Assembly: GCA_022561635.1 (NCBI GenBank)
Contig: JADFQV010000001.1
Coordinates: forward strand, 7,917 to 71,916
DNA: 64,000 nt
Source of the DNA: Chloroflexota bacterium
Lineage (GTDB): Bacteria; Chloroflexota; Dehalococcoidia; SM23-28-2; RBG-16-64-32
Direction of reading: 5' to 3'
Numbering within the stretch: the stretch's first letter is position 1; each line of letters opens with the position of its first letter. The translations under genes and the position numbers were made by a program. A model generated the notes under the pieces. The model had not been told where the DNA came from and did not search any database. It was given only the letters and a program-made list of their open reading frames with translations. Below are positions 9,273 to 21,816 of this stretch, one piece after another.

Positions 9273-9788
9273 ATGGACCTCAAGAAGCATATCCGCGACG
9301 TCCCGGACTTCCCACAGCCCGGCATCCTTTTTCGCGATATCACGCCGCTCCTCAAGAACCCTGAGGCGATGCGAGAGGTCATCGACGCATTCACGGCGGA
9401 ATACCGCCAGGCCGAGCTGGCGGCGATCGTCTCGATCGAGTCGCGCGGCTTCCTCTTCGGCGCCCCGCTGGCGTACAACCTGAGCTTGCCCCTGGTTCCG
9501 GTACGCAAGCCGGGCAAGCTGCCGGCCCGCCGTATGAGCGTCGAGTACGAACTGGAGTACGGAACGGGCTCGCTCGACATCCACGAAGACGCGCTGAGCA
9601 AAGGCGACCTGGTCGTGATCGTCGATGATCTGCTGGCGACGGGCGGAACGGCGGTGGCCGCGGCCAAGCTCGTCGAGCTGCTCGGCGCGCGCGTGCACAG
9701 CCTCGCCTTCCTGGTGGAGTTGGACTTCCTCAGCGGCCGCTCGCGCCTGGAAAACTACGACGTCTTCTCGCTCGTCAACTACGAGTAA
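9273..9788 (+). CDS. apt: Adenine phosphoribosyltransferase
   Basis: PRT type-I fold with PRPP motif VVIVDDLLATGGT. 171 aa. Divergent from the M20 gene. Confidence 0.9.
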   Translation: MDLKKHIRDVPDFPQPGILFRDITPLLKNPEAMREVIDAFTAEYRQAELAAIVSIESRGFLFGAPLAYNLSLPLVPVRKPGKLPARRMSVEYELEYGTGSLDIHEDALSKGDLVVIVDDLLATGGTAVAAAKLVELLGARVHSLAFLVELDFLSGRSRLENYDVFSLVNYE

Positions 9789-9805
9789 CGGCCACCGCTC
9801 GTTCC

Positions 9806-9835
9806 TTGACACCTCCTCGACACGACAGATACCAT
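9806..9835 (+). promoter_or_regulatory. Putative promoter TTGACA-18nt-TACCAT driving the riboswitch leader
   Basis: Hexamers read in sequence. The same TTGACA-N18-TACCAT architecture occurs upstream of rpsL. Confidence 0.35.
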
Positions 9836-9862
9836 CAGCTAGGTACCAATCGAATAGAAACA

Positions 9863-9964
9863 CTCTCATCGAGAGCGGTGGAGGGAACGGCCCTGGGAAG
9901 CCCGGCAACCGGTCTCCGGACACGGTGCCAACTCCGATTCGCCCCCGGGCGAATGAGATGAGAG
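9863..9964 (+). ncRNA. SAM-I (S-box) riboswitch aptamer
   Basis: P1 is CTCTCATC...GATGAGAG. The conserved core is GAGAGCGGTGGAGGGAACGGCCC, then GAAGCCCGGCAACC, then GGTGCCAA, with a P4 hairpin (ATTCGCCC/GGGCGAAT). This is a near-consensus match to the S-box. Confidence 0.8.
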
Positions 9965-9975
9965 TGGAGCATGAG

Positions 9976-10001
9976 ACTTCTCCGCCGCGAGAAGTTTTTT
10001 T
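9976..10001 (+). terminator. Intrinsic terminator forming the riboswitch expression platform (acttctc-cgccgc-gagaagt + T7)
   Basis: A 7-bp stem is followed by TTTTTTT. This is the only clear U-tract terminator in the window. RBS GAGGAG at 10014-10019. Confidence 0.65.
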
Positions 10002-10026
10002 ATACCCGAGAACGAGGAGTAGCGCG

Positions 10027-11080
<1,054 letters not shown>

Positions 11081-11088
<8 letters not shown>

Positions 11089-11962
11089 GGCGATCCGCGC
11101 CGCGGTGATCGGCGGCAGCGGCTTCTACGAGATGGAAGGCCTCTCGGAGATCGAGACGTTGAACGTCGACACGCCGTTCGGGCCGACGAGCGACGCCATT
11201 ACGACGGGCGCGCTGGACGGCCAGAGAGTCGCCTTCCTGCCGCGCCACGGCGTGGGCCACCGCTTACTGCCCGCAGAGATCCCGGCGCGCGCCAACATCT
11301 GGGCGCTCAAGCAGCTGGGCGTCGAGTTCATCGTCAGCGTCAGCGCCGTCGGCAGCCTGCGCGAGGAGATCGAACCGCTGCACCTGGTCGTGCCGGATCA
11401 GTTGATCGACCGCACCAAGGGACGCGCCTCGACGTTCTTCGGCGATGGCCTCGTCGCTCACATCGCGTTCGGCGAGCCGTTCTGCTCTCACCTGAGCGGT
11501 GTCGTCAGCGACGCCGCGGACGAGACGGCGACGACAGTACACCACGAGGGTGCTCTGGTCGTCATCGAGGGCCCGGCGTTCTCGACGCGCGCCGAGTCGA
11601 ACCTTTACCGCGCGTGGGGCGCCGACATCATCGGCATGACAGCGCTGCCCGAAGCCAAGCTGGCGCGCGAAGCGGAGATCTGTTTCGCCGTGCTCGCCTG
11701 CTCGACCGACTACGACTGCTGGCACGAGGGCCACGAGGACGTGACCGCCGAGATGATCGTCGCCAACCTCCTGCGCAACGTCGGCGTCTCGCGACAGGCC
11801 GTGCGCCTGGCTCTGGGACGGCTGCCGGCGACGCGCGAGTGCGCCTGCAAGGACGCCCTCAAGGACGCGCTCGTGACGTCGCTCGACCTCGTGCCGCCAG
11901 CAACGAAGCAGCGCCTTGGGCCGATTATCGCGCGCTACGCCGGGCAGGCGGTGAGCGGATGA
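11081..11962 (+). CDS. mtnP: S-methyl-5'-thioadenosine phosphorylase (PNP/MTAP family)
   Basis: PNP-UDP fold (AVIGGSGFY, LPRHGVGH, IIGMTALPE). The start overlaps the mtnA stop. Confidence 0.85.
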
Positions 11963-12855
11963 CCTCCGTATCCCGCGAGCGCCCGACGGCGGCAGCGCGA
12001 GCCGAGTACCGCATCACGGAGCTAGACGACCCGGCGGTGATCCGGCGCCTTCTGGAACCACAGCGCGCCTACACCGCCTACGCGCTCGCGCAGCTCGACC
12101 CGCGCATGTTCCCGCGCAACAAGTGGTATCGCTCGGCCGGGCCAAACGGTCAGGCGTTACTCGTGCACTCGAAGAGCCCGCTCGGCAACGCGCTCTTCGC
12201 GCTCGGCAACGCAACGGCGCTGGATGCCGTACTCTCGCTGCACCCGGGACCGCGCTTCTCCTTCGGCAGCCTGATGCTGGAGCACAAAGCGATCGTTCGC
12301 AAATACTTCCTCATGACGCGGCCCCAGGTGATGCTGCGCATGACCGTCGAGAGCGACACGTTCCGGCCGGTGGAGGCCGACGCACAACGCCTGGCCACCT
12401 CTGACATCGCGGCCGTCAACCGCTTGTACTCGATGGAGGGCGGGCCGACGGCCTACCGCACCGAGCACCTCAACGACGCCGTCTACTACGGGATCTACGA
12501 GGGCCGGGATCTGATCTCGATCGCTGGTACGCACGTTGTCTCTGGCGCGGAACGAATCGCCGTAGTGGGCAACGTCTTCACTCACCCACGGCACCGCGGT
12601 CAGGGCCTGGCCAAGGCAACGACAGGCGCCGTCACCCGGTACCTGCTAGCGGACTGTGATTTCGTCGCCCTCACGGTTGAGGAAGAGAACGCAGCGGCCG
12701 TCGCCGTCTACCGCAGCCTCGGCTACGAAACGAAGTGCAAGCTGCACGAAACGCCTGTCGTGCGCAAGGAGCCCATCGGCGTGGTTAGCTTCGTCCGGCG
12801 CGCGATCGCCGGCTGGCGAGGCCGCGGCGAGGGCAGGAAGGTCGTCACGCGATGA
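11959..12855 (+). CDS. Two-domain GNAT-family N-acetyltransferase
   Basis: ATG overlaps the mtnP stop (ATGA). The C-terminal GNAT motif A is VVGNVFTHPRHRGQGLAKA. A ~150 aa N-terminal domain of GNAT-like size precedes it, giving an MshD-like architecture. Confidence 0.65.
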   Translation: MTSVSRERPTAAARAEYRITELDDPAVIRRLLEPQRAYTAYALAQLDPRMFPRNKWYRSAGPNGQALLVHSKSPLGNALFALGNATALDAVLSLHPGPRFSFGSLMLEHKAIVRKYFLMTRPQVMLRMTVESDTFRPVEADAQRLATSDIAAVNRLYSMEGGPTAYRTEHLNDAVYYGIYEGRDLISIAGTHVVSGAERIAVVGNVFTHPRHRGQGLAKATTGAVTRYLLADCDFVALTVEEENAAAVAVYRSLGYETKCKLHETPVVRKEPIGVVSFVRRAIAGWRGRGEGRKVVTR

Positions 12856-13466
12856 CGAAGACCATCGGCATCGTCCTCTTCCCCGACTTCGAAGACCTGG
12901 ACGCCATCGGACCCAAGGAGGTCTTCGGCATGCTGGCCACGAGCTCGAACGGCGAGTGGCAAGTCGCCACCGTCTCGCAGGGCGGCGAACCGGTGCGCTC
13001 CTTCCTCGGCACGACGATCGAAGCAGACCACTCGTTTGGCGACTGCCCACAGCTGGACGTACTCCTGGTACCGGGCGGGCTCGGCACTCGCACTGAAGTG
13101 GACAACGAGGCGATCATCGGCTTCGTGCGCAAGCAGGGCGCTGGCGCAGACTGGATAACGTCCGTCTGCACGGGCGCTTTTCTCTTGCACCGCGCCGGAT
13201 TCCTCGAGGGCAAGCGCGCGACGACGCACTGGGCCGCGGTCGAACTGCTGCGGCAGGAAAGCAACGTTACGGTCGTCGACGACGAGCGCTGGGTGCGAGA
13301 CGGCAACGTGATCACGGCGGCGGGAGTCTCCGCCGGCATCGACATGGCACTGTATCTGGTCGCCGAACTGACGAACAGCGAGACGGCGAAGCGCGTCCAG
13401 CACATGATGGAGTACTATCCCAAGCCCCCGCAGTTCGCCGAAGCGGGCGAGGAGACACCGGTATGA
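12852..13466 (+). CDS. DJ-1/PfpI (class-I glutamine amidotransferase-like) family protein
   Basis: Conserved nucleophile-elbow Cys (ITSVCTGAFLL). ATGA overlap with the upstream gene. Confidence 0.8.
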   Translation: MTKTIGIVLFPDFEDLDAIGPKEVFGMLATSSNGEWQVATVSQGGEPVRSFLGTTIEADHSFGDCPQLDVLLVPGGLGTRTEVDNEAIIGFVRKQGAGADWITSVCTGAFLLHRAGFLEGKRATTHWAAVELLRQESNVTVVDDERWVRDGNVITAAGVSAGIDMALYLVAELTNSETAKRVQHMMEYYPKPPQFAEAGEETPV

Positions 13467-14182
13467 CGTTTTCCATAGTCGCGCGCTGCCCGCGCACCGG
13501 GGCGCTGGGTGTCGCAACCTCAAGCAAGGCGCTATCGGCCGGTGGCGGCGTGCCTCATGGCCGCGCAGGCGTGGGCGCCATCGCCAGCCAGGCCTTCTCG
13601 AACCCCTACCTCGGCATCGACGGCCTCGCTCTGCTGGAGCAGGGTTTGCCGGCCGAGCGTGCCCTGGAGCGCCTGATCGAGAGCGACCGCGGGCGAGACC
13701 TGCGACAGCTGGCGATCGTGGACAAGGACTCACGGGTTGCCGCATACACCGGCGAGCGCTGCATCGACTGGGCCGGACACGTCAGCGGCGGCGGATACGT
13801 CTGCCTCGGCAACATCCTTACCGGCGAGGACGTCGTCAAGGCGATGGCGACGGCGTTCGAGAGAAGCGTCGATGAGGATCTGCCGGAGCGACTGATGCGC
13901 ACCCTGGAGGCCGGGCAGGATGCGGGCGGCGACCGGCGGGGGCGTCAATCGGCCGGCATCCGCGTTGTCCAGACCGAGGAGTATCCGTACTGCGACCTGC
14001 GCGTCGACGACCACCCGGATCCGGTACCTGAACTGCGCAGGGTGCTGGCGATCTGGCAGCGCGACGAACCGCTTCTCCAGGCGGAGCCCCGGAGGGATGA
14101 TTTCACCCCCCACTGGGAAGCGGTCGTGCGAACACGGGACATCATAGAGGAGTCGCTACAGGAAGACGCAGCGGCCAGGTAA
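13463..14182 (+). CDS. DUF1028-family protein (Ntn-hydrolase-like fold)
   Basis: Characteristic N-terminal MTFSIVARC...G.GVA. ATGA overlap with the DJ-1 gene. Confidence 0.65.
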   Translation: MTFSIVARCPRTGALGVATSSKALSAGGGVPHGRAGVGAIASQAFSNPYLGIDGLALLEQGLPAERALERLIESDRGRDLRQLAIVDKDSRVAAYTGERCIDWAGHVSGGGYVCLGNILTGEDVVKAMATAFERSVDEDLPERLMRTLEAGQDAGGDRRGRQSAGIRVVQTEEYPYCDLRVDDHPDPVPELRRVLAIWQRDEPLLQAEPRRDDFTPHWEAVVRTRDIIEESLQEDAAAR

Positions 14183-15466
<1,284 letters not shown>

Positions 15467-15481
15467 TTGCGAAAAAGAAAA

Positions 15482-15505
15482 GGGAACAGGCTTTCGCCTG
15501 CTCCC
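15482..15505 (+). terminator. GC hairpin (gggaacaggc-tttc-gcctgctccc) just after ahcY; U-tract-less terminator candidate
   Basis: 9/10 bp stem read directly. An A-tract precedes it and no T-tract follows. Confidence 0.3.
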
Positions 15506-15589
15506 AACCGCCAAGTAGCGGCCGCGCTTGATACCGACTCAATCATCAACTGAATGGCAGCCGAGAGCCACAAGGAGGAACGAAACCCA

Positions 15590-16792
15590 ATGACTATGAC
15601 GTTCATGAGCAGTCCCAGCCTCCTCGTCACTTCCGAGAGCGTAACGGAGGGTCACCCGGATAAGATCTGCGACCAGATCGCCGACGCCATCCTCGACGAG
15701 ATCATCGCCAACGACCCGGACGGCCACGTCGCCTGCGAAGTCGTGGCGACGACCGGCCTCGTGATGGTCATGGGCGAGATTTCAACCAGCCATTACGTGG
15801 ACATCACAAAGATCGTGCGCGACGTCATCGCCGACATCGGCTACACGAAGCCGGAGTACGCCTTCGACGCCCAGAGCTGCGGCGTCCTCGTCTCCGTCAA
15901 GGAGCAGTCGCGGGAGATTTCCGACGCCGTCGGCGAGGACGAAGGCGCCGGCGACCAGGGGATCATGCTGGGTTTCGCCTGCAACGAGACGCCGGAGCTG
16001 ATGCCGCTGCCGATCAGCCTGGCGCACGGCCTCTGCCTGCGCCTGGCGCAGGTGCGCAAGGACGGAACGCTCCCCTACCTGCGCCCGGACGGCAAGTCGC
16101 AGGTGACGATCGAGTACGAGTTCGGCAAGCCGAAGCGTGCGCACGCCGTCGTCGTCGCCGCTCAGCACGATCCCGACGTTTCGATGGATCAGCTCAAGAG
16201 CGACATCAACGAGCACGTTATCAAGCCCGTCATCGGCGACTGGATGGACGACAAGACGGAAATCCACATCAACCGCAGCGGGTCGTTCATCCTGGGCGGC
16301 CCGGCGGCGGACAGCGGGCTCTCCGGGCGCAAGAACATCGTCGATACGTATGGCGCCATCGGCAGGCATGGCGGCGGGTCGTACTCCGGAAAGGATCCGT
16401 CGAAGGTAGACCGCTCGGCCTCTTACGCCGCACGCTGGGTGGCGAAGAACCTGGTCGCAGCCGGGCTGGCGGATCGCTGCGAGGTCGAGCTCTCTTACGC
16501 CATCGGGCATCCGCAGCCGATCGGCGTCTCGGTCGAGACGTTCGGCACGCACAAAGTGAACCACGGGGCGATCGAGAAGCTCGTCCGCGATCACTTCGAC
16601 CTTAGCCCCAGGGGGATCATCCGCGACCTGAAGCTGCGCCGTCCGATCTACCGGCCGACCGCATCATACGGGCACTTCGGCCGCCTGGACATCGACGCGC
16701 CGTGGGAGGAAACGAACAAGGCCGACGAACTACGCGCCGCGGCAGCGAAACTCAGTGCCGAGACGCCGGCTGAGGAAGCGCAGCGAGCCTAG
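15590..16792 (+). CDS. metK: S-adenosylmethionine synthetase
   Basis: [16 protein letters not shown] motif. ATG 15590 lies 10 nt after AAGGAGG. The ORF-track start at 15554 has no RBS. Confidence 0.9.
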   Translation: MTMTFMSSPSLLVTSESVTEGHPDKICDQIADAILDEIIANDPDGHVACEVVATTGLVMVMGEISTSHYVDITKIVRDVIADIGYTKPEYAFDAQSCGVLVSVKEQSREISDAVGEDEGAGDQGIMLGFACNETPELMPLPISLAHGLCLRLAQVRKDGTLPYLRPDGKSQVTIEYEFGKPKRAHAVVVAAQHDPDVSMDQLKSDINEHVIKPVIGDWMDDKTEIHINRSGSFILGGPAADSGLSGRKNIVDTYGAIGRHGGGSYSGKDPSKVDRSASYAARWVAKNLVAAGLADRCEVELSYAIGHPQPIGVSVETFGTHKVNHGAIEKLVRDHFDLSPRGIIRDLKLRRPIYRPTASYGHFGRLDIDAPWEETNKADELRAAAAKLSAETPAEEAQRA

Positions 16793-17485
16793 GTGTACGC
16801 GCTGATCATCGCCGGCGGCGAAGGTGAGCGGTTGCGGCCCCTGACCGACGACCGCCCGAAGAACATGGTGCTGGTCGGCGGCCGGCCGATGGTCGAGCGG
16901 CAGCTCGAATGGCTGGGCGAGAACGGCGTCACGGACGCCGTCTTCCTCTGCGGCTACAAGGCGGACGTCCTACAGGCGCACGTTGGCGACGGCTCGCCGT
17001 TCGGCGTCCGGGTGCATTACTCGGTCGAGACGGAGCCGCTGGGCCGCGGCGGCGCGCTGAAGAAAGGGTTCGCGCTTGTGCCCGAGGGCGAGGAGACGAT
17101 CATCGCCTGCAACGGCGATATCCTCACCGACCAGACTCTGGCCGAGATGATCGTCTCGCACCAGGCGTGGGGTGCGAGCGCCTCGGTCATGCTGACGCCG
17201 CTGACGAGCCCGTACGGCGTCGTCGACGTCGGCGAAGACGGCCGGATCACGTCGTTTCGCGAGAAGCCGGTGCTGCCTTACTGGATCAACGCCGGAATCT
17301 ACGTGCTCTCGCGCTCGTTCTTCGCGCTGCTGCCGGACAAGGGCGACCACGAGACCGAGACGTTCCCCGCCCTGGCCAGCGAGGGAAAGCTCTTCGGCTT
17401 CAAGAGCGACGCCTACTGGCGGCCCGTCGACAGCATCAAGGACATCGCCGAAGCGGAAAAGGAGCTGGCCGCCGGCCGCGGCTGA
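16793..17485 (+). CDS. Sugar-phosphate nucleotidyltransferase (mannose-1-P guanylyltransferase-like)
   Basis: LIIAGGEGERLRPLT NTP-transferase motif. GTG start abuts the metK stop. Confidence 0.8.
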   Translation: MYALIIAGGEGERLRPLTDDRPKNMVLVGGRPMVERQLEWLGENGVTDAVFLCGYKADVLQAHVGDGSPFGVRVHYSVETEPLGRGGALKKGFALVPEGEETIIACNGDILTDQTLAEMIVSHQAWGASASVMLTPLTSPYGVVDVGEDGRITSFREKPVLPYWINAGIYVLSRSFFALLPDKGDHETETFPALASEGKLFGFKSDAYWRPVDSIKDIAEAEKELAAGRG

Positions 17486-17521
17486 GCAGCGGGTGTTGTC
17501 AACGAGATTCAGTGCGGCGCT

Positions 17522-18988
17522 GTGGAACGTAAGCGGCGCGTGTTGTCAGATGTTGGCGGTTTGAAAGACTCACCCATCAAGTTCGGCACCGACGGTTGGC
17601 GGGCGATCATCGCCGACGAGTTCACCTTCGCCAACGTGCGCTACTGCGCGCAGGGCACTGCCGACTACATCAAGGACGCCGGCCTCGCCTCTCGCGGCAT
17701 GGTCGTCGGTTACGACACGCGCTTTCAATCGGACGCTTTCGCGGCGGCCGTCGCTGAGGTCTTCGCCGCCAACGAGATCAAGGTCCGCCTGGCTTCGGCT
17801 CCGGCGCCGACACCCGTCATCGGCTACGAGATCGTCCGGGACGAGGCCGCCGGGTCTGTCGTCATCACATCGAGCCACAACCCGGCGGAGTATTCCGGCT
17901 TCAAGGTGCGTACGGAGTACGCCGGCGCCGCGCCGCCCGAGGTGCTGTCGCAGATCGAGGCGCGCATCGGCGAAAGCTACGGCACGGACGTGCCTCGCCT
18001 GCCGCTCGACGACGCGATCTCAAGCGGGCTCGTCGAGAAGTTCGACCCCAGACCGGCCTACCTCGAGCACCTGGGCCGCCTGCTCGACCTGGAGGCGATC
18101 CGCGACGCCGGCCTGAGCGTCGTCGTCGACCCGATGCACGGCGCGGGCGCCGGCTACCTCTCGGAGCTGGTCGGCGGCGGTAAGACGCGGGTGCGCGAGA
18201 TCCGCGGCGAGCACAACCCGGCGTTCCCGGGGATGCACAACCCCGAGCCTATACCGCGCAATCTTGAGATCACCTCCGCAGCCGTCAAGGACTACGGCGC
18301 GCAGGTCGCGCTCGCCACCGACGGCGACGCCGACCGCATCGGCGTCCTGGACGCCAACGGCGACTTCGTGAACCAGCTCCAGACGTTTGCGCTCCTGACG
18401 TACTACCTGCTGGAGGTGCGCCGCGACCGTGGGCCGCTGGTCAAGTCGATCACGACGACCAGCATGATCGATAGGCTGGGAGAGCTCTACGACGTCCCCG
18501 TCCACGAGACGTCAGTCGGATTCAAGTTCCTCGGCCCCAAGATGCGCGAGACCGACGCCCTGATCGCCGGCGAGGAGTCCGGCGGCTTCGCCTACCGCGG
18601 CCACCTGCCGGAACGCGACGGCGTGCTGTCCGGCCTCTACATTCTCGACCTGATGGCCCGCAAGGGTAAGAATCTGACGTCGATCATCGACGAGCTTTTC
18701 AGGAAGGTCGGCGCGCACTACTACGACCGAGACGACATTACGATGACACCGGCCGATCGCGACCGCGTTGCGCAGCTCTTGCCCACGCTTGAGCCGAAAG
18801 AGCTCGCCGGCCTTCCCGTCAGCGGCTACGACCGCGCCGACGGCCTGCGCTTCGTGCTGCCAGACGGCGCCTGGGCGCTGATTCGGCTCTCCGGAACAGA
18901 GCCGCTCATGCGCATATACACCGAGGTGCGCGAGGATGCCCTCGTGCGACCTGTGCTGGACGCTGTACGCGGGCTGACGGGCGCGTGA
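17522..18988 (+). CDS. Phosphomannomutase/phosphoglucomutase (alpha-D-phosphohexomutase)
   Basis: Active-site TSSHNPAEYSGFK, GTDGWR and GEESGG motifs. The start (GTG 17522) is uncertain. Confidence 0.85.
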   Translation: MERKRRVLSDVGGLKDSPIKFGTDGWRAIIADEFTFANVRYCAQGTADYIKDAGLASRGMVVGYDTRFQSDAFAAAVAEVFAANEIKVRLASAPAPTPVIGYEIVRDEAAGSVVITSSHNPAEYSGFKVRTEYAGAAPPEVLSQIEARIGESYGTDVPRLPLDDAISSGLVEKFDPRPAYLEHLGRLLDLEAIRDAGLSVVVDPMHGAGAGYLSELVGGGKTRVREIRGEHNPAFPGMHNPEPIPRNLEITSAAVKDYGAQVALATDGDADRIGVLDANGDFVNQLQTFALLTYYLLEVRRDRGPLVKSITTTSMIDRLGELYDVPVHETSVGFKFLGPKMRETDALIAGEESGGFAYRGHLPERDGVLSGLYILDLMARKGKNLTSIIDELFRKVGAHYYDRDDITMTPADRDRVAQLLPTLEPKELAGLPVSGYDRADGLRFVLPDGAWALIRLSGTEPLMRIYTEVREDALVRPVLDAVRGLTGA

Positions 18989-20061
18989 GCGCGTCTAACG
19001 TGCTCGACGACCCTGCCGCGCTGGCCAAGCTCGACCCCGGCGGCATGCTGTCCTGCCTGCGGGGTCTCCCAGACCAGTGCCGGGAGGCCTGGAAGACCGC
19101 GCACGGCCTTGCGCTGCCCGCCTCCTACCAGGAGATCGACAGCATCGCCGTGCTGGGCATGGGTGGTTCGGCGATCGCCGGCGACATCTGGCGCGCGCTG
19201 CTCGAACGCGAGTGCGCCGTTCCCGTCTTCAACGTCCGCGCGTACGACCTGCCGCCGTACGTCGATGAACGCACGCTGGTGATCGCCTCCAGCTTCAGCG
19301 GCGACACGGAGGAGGTGCTCTCGGCGTTCGGCCAGGCGCTGGCCATGCCGGCGCCGAAGATCGTCGTCACGACCGGCGGCCAGCTGCTGGCGACGGCGCG
19401 CGCCAACGGCGTGCCGTCGTTCACGTTCGATTACGCCGGCGAGCCGCGCGCCGCCTTCGGCTGGAGCCTGATGCCGCTGCTCGCCATCGCTACGTCCCTG
19501 CGCCTGATGCAGAACATCGCTGCCGACGTCGAGGAAGCGGTCGCCGTGCTTGATGCGCTCGTGGGGGAGATTGCCGAGGACGTTCCGGCCAAGACCAATC
19601 CGGCGAAGCGGTTGGCACGCGACCTACAGGACAGGCTGCCTGTCGTCTATGGCGCCGGGCCGCTGATCGAGGTCGCCCGGCGCTGGAAGGCGCAACTAAA
19701 CGAGTCCGGCAAGTCGTGGGCGTCCTGCGAAGAGCTGCCGGAGATCCACCACAACGCGATCATCGGCTACTCATACCCAGGCGAGATCGCCAACCGCACG
19801 GCCGTCGTCTTCCTGGAGTCGGCCGATCTCGTACATGAGCGGGTGCAGTTGCGCTACGGCTTCACGAAAGAGCTGCTGGGGCGCAGCGGCGTCGCCGCGC
19901 ACTCGGTCCAGGCGCGCGGCCTGAGTGCGTTGGCACAGATGTTGTCTCTCGTCCTCTTCGGCGACTACGTCAGCGCATACCTGTCGTTCCTCTACGGCGA
20001 AGATCCAACGCCGACGGCTGCCATCGACGAGCTCAAGGCCTGGCTGGCCCGGCAGAAGTAA
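18985..20061 (+). CDS. Bifunctional phosphoglucose/phosphomannose isomerase (SIS-domain PGI/PMI family)
   Basis: Family pattern IAVLGMGGSAIAGD. GTGA overlap with the PMM gene. Confidence 0.8.
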   Translation: MSASNVLDDPAALAKLDPGGMLSCLRGLPDQCREAWKTAHGLALPASYQEIDSIAVLGMGGSAIAGDIWRALLERECAVPVFNVRAYDLPPYVDERTLVIASSFSGDTEEVLSAFGQALAMPAPKIVVTTGGQLLATARANGVPSFTFDYAGEPRAAFGWSLMPLLAIATSLRLMQNIAADVEEAVAVLDALVGEIAEDVPAKTNPAKRLARDLQDRLPVVYGAGPLIEVARRWKAQLNESGKSWASCEELPEIHHNAIIGYSYPGEIANRTAVVFLESADLVHERVQLRYGFTKELLGRSGVAAHSVQARGLSALAQMLSLVLFGDYVSAYLSFLYGEDPTPTAAIDELKAWLARQK

Positions 20062-20065
20062 GCGA

Positions 20066-20092
20066 AAGGGACGGGCCTAAGCCCGCCCCTTT
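20066..20092. terminator. Bidirectional terminator hairpin (gggacgggc-ctaa-gcccgcccc flanked by AAA / TTT) between the convergent PGI/PMI and rpsI genes
   Basis: Read directly. Confidence 0.5.
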
Positions 20093-20112
20093 GCTTCGTT
20101 TCCTTGATACGC

Positions 20113-20538
20113 CTAGCGCTTGGTGTACTGAGGCGCCTTACGCGCGCGCTTGAGGCCGGGCTTCTTGCGCTCCTTGACGCGCGGGTCACGCGTTAGCAGG
20201 CCAGCGCGGCGCAGCACGGGCCGATGGCCCTCATCAACGACGAGTAGCGCGCGGGAGATGCCGTGGGCGAGCGAGTCGGCCCAGCCGGTGATTCCACCGC
20301 CTTTGATCTTGGCGTAGACGTCGAACTGGCTGGCGGTGCTGGTTATCTCGAGAGGTTGGCGGATCTTGATCTGGTAGATGGAGCGGGTGAACATCTCCAT
20401 GTAGGGCTTGCCGTTGATGAGGATGTTGCCGGAGCCGGCATACAGGCGCACGCGGGCGACCGCTTCCTTGCGCCGGCCGGTGCCGTAGAAGTATTCACCG
20501 GGCGGCGTCTTCATCTCAGTCGTGGGTTCGTCCGTCAT
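20113..20538 (-). CDS. rpsI: 30S ribosomal protein S9
   Basis: The C-terminal KAPQYTKR and full-length similarity to S9. Confidence 0.9.
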   Translation of the reverse strand: MTDEPTTEMKTPPGEYFYGTGRRKEAVARVRLYAGSGNILINGKPYMEMFTRSIYQIKIRQPLEITSTASQFDVYAKIKGGGITGWADSLAHGISRALLVVDEGHRPVLRRAGLLTRDPRVKERKKPGLKRARKAPQYTKR

Positions 20539-21011
20539 GATTTCTTCTCCGAGGTAGCGGCCACAGCCGGCTGGCGGCGGTCGGCGCGCTTGCGCGAGAT
20601 GTTGATCTGGGCTTCGTGTGGGTGATCGGGGCCGGCGTAGACCTTGAGGTGACGCAGGAGGTGCTTCGCCAGCTTGTTGCGCGGCAGCATCCCGCGCACG
20701 GCAAGCTCGACGACGCGTTCCGGACGCCGCTCCAGCAGGGTGCCGAGATTCTCTTCCTTAAGGCCGCCCATGTAGCCGGTGTGGCGGTAGTAGATCTTGT
20801 CCTCCAGCTTGTTGCCGGTGACTTTGATCTTCGTGGCGTTGACGACGATGACGTAGTCGCCCATGTCCAGGTGAGGTGAGTAGGAGACCTTGTGCTTACC
20901 CATGAGCAAGCCGGCCACCCGCGTCGCAAGGCGGCCCAGGATCTGACCCGCGGCGTCAACCACGACCCAGTCCTTCTCTATGTCCTTAGCCGAAAGGCTG
21001 TAGGTCTTCAT
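20535..21011 (-). CDS. rplM: 50S ribosomal protein L13
   Basis: MKTYSLSAKDIEKDWVVVDA is the L13 N-terminus. The start could be 6 codons upstream (21026). Confidence 0.85.
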   Translation of the reverse strand: MKTYSLSAKDIEKDWVVVDAAGQILGRLATRVAGLLMGKHKVSYSPHLDMGDYVIVVNATKIKVTGNKLEDKIYYRHTGYMGGLKEENLGTLLERRPERVVELAVRGMLPRNKLAKHLLRHLKVYAGPDHPHEAQINISRKRADRRQPAVAATSEKKS

Positions 21012-21789
21012 CCGTTTCATCGTCAAACAACCCGCTTTCGTAGCGAACCTTGATCAGGCAGAGGCCCCGGGCAGGGGCCGTACGACTCGCTTCGCCCGGC
21101 GTCGCCTCGCGCACCAGGCGCTCGAACGCTTCCGGGGTCAGCTTGCCTCGTCCAACCTCGACAAGTGTGCCCATGATACGCCTCACCATGTGCGGGAGGA
21201 AGGCGTTGGCCTCAATGTCGAAGGAGGCGGCCTTGCCCCGTCGCACTAGCGCCGTGCCGTGGACCACTCGTTCCGTCCGCCTGCGCCTCGCCTCAGACGG
21301 CGCGGTGAAGGCGGCGAAGTCGTGGGACCCTTCCAGGTGCCGCGCCGCCGCGGCCATCGCCGCCAGGTCGAGGCTAGGTCCGACGCGCCAGACGACCTCT
21401 CGGTAGAGGGCCGGGCGCTCCGAGCCCAGGTCAAGCGAGTATCGGTACAAGCGTCGCCGGGCGTGTCGCCGCGGATCGAACTCCGCGGGGACGCTGGCGG
21501 CAGCGTGTACGGCGATGTCTTCCGGCAGGTGCGCGTTCGTCCCTCGCACGAAGACGTCGATGCGGCGCTGGCTCTCCGTGGGGAAAGCCGCCACCTGTCC
21601 TCGGGCGTGGACTCCGGCGTCTGTCCGGCCTGCCATCGCCACCCGTATTGGTTCACCTGTTAACGTTCCCAAGGCCCGCTCCAGCGCGCCCTGCACCGTC
21701 GGTGCGTTCTTCTGGTACTGGGACCCTCCGTAAGCTGTCCCCTGGTACTCGACCAGGAGCGCTATGCGGCGAGACCCGTTTCCATTCAA
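20986..21789 (-). CDS. truA: tRNA pseudouridine(38-40) synthase TruA
   Basis: Catalytic RTDAGVHA motif. Positioned after rplQ as in the canonical alpha operon. Confidence 0.85.
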   Translation of the reverse strand: MNGNGSRRIALLVEYQGTAYGGSQYQKNAPTVQGALERALGTLTGEPIRVAMAGRTDAGVHARGQVAAFPTESQRRIDVFVRGTNAHLPEDIAVHAAASVPAEFDPRRHARRRLYRYSLDLGSERPALYREVVWRVGPSLDLAAMAAAARHLEGSHDFAAFTAPSEARRRRTERVVHGTALVRRGKAASFDIEANAFLPHMVRRIMGTLVEVGRGKLTPEAFERLVREATPGEASRTAPARGLCLIKVRYESGLFDDETDEDLQPFG

Positions 21790-21816
21790 GTTATCCGGCG
21801 CCCTTCGCCGGCGAGG

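Noticed and set aside
15467-15589. SAM riboswitch (SAM-I/SAM-IV) upstream of metK
   Set aside because: No GGCAACC/GGUGCC-type SAM-binding core and no P1 pairing were found. Only a simple hairpin after ahcY is present. metK appears to have its own RBS, and possibly a promoter, without an aptamer.
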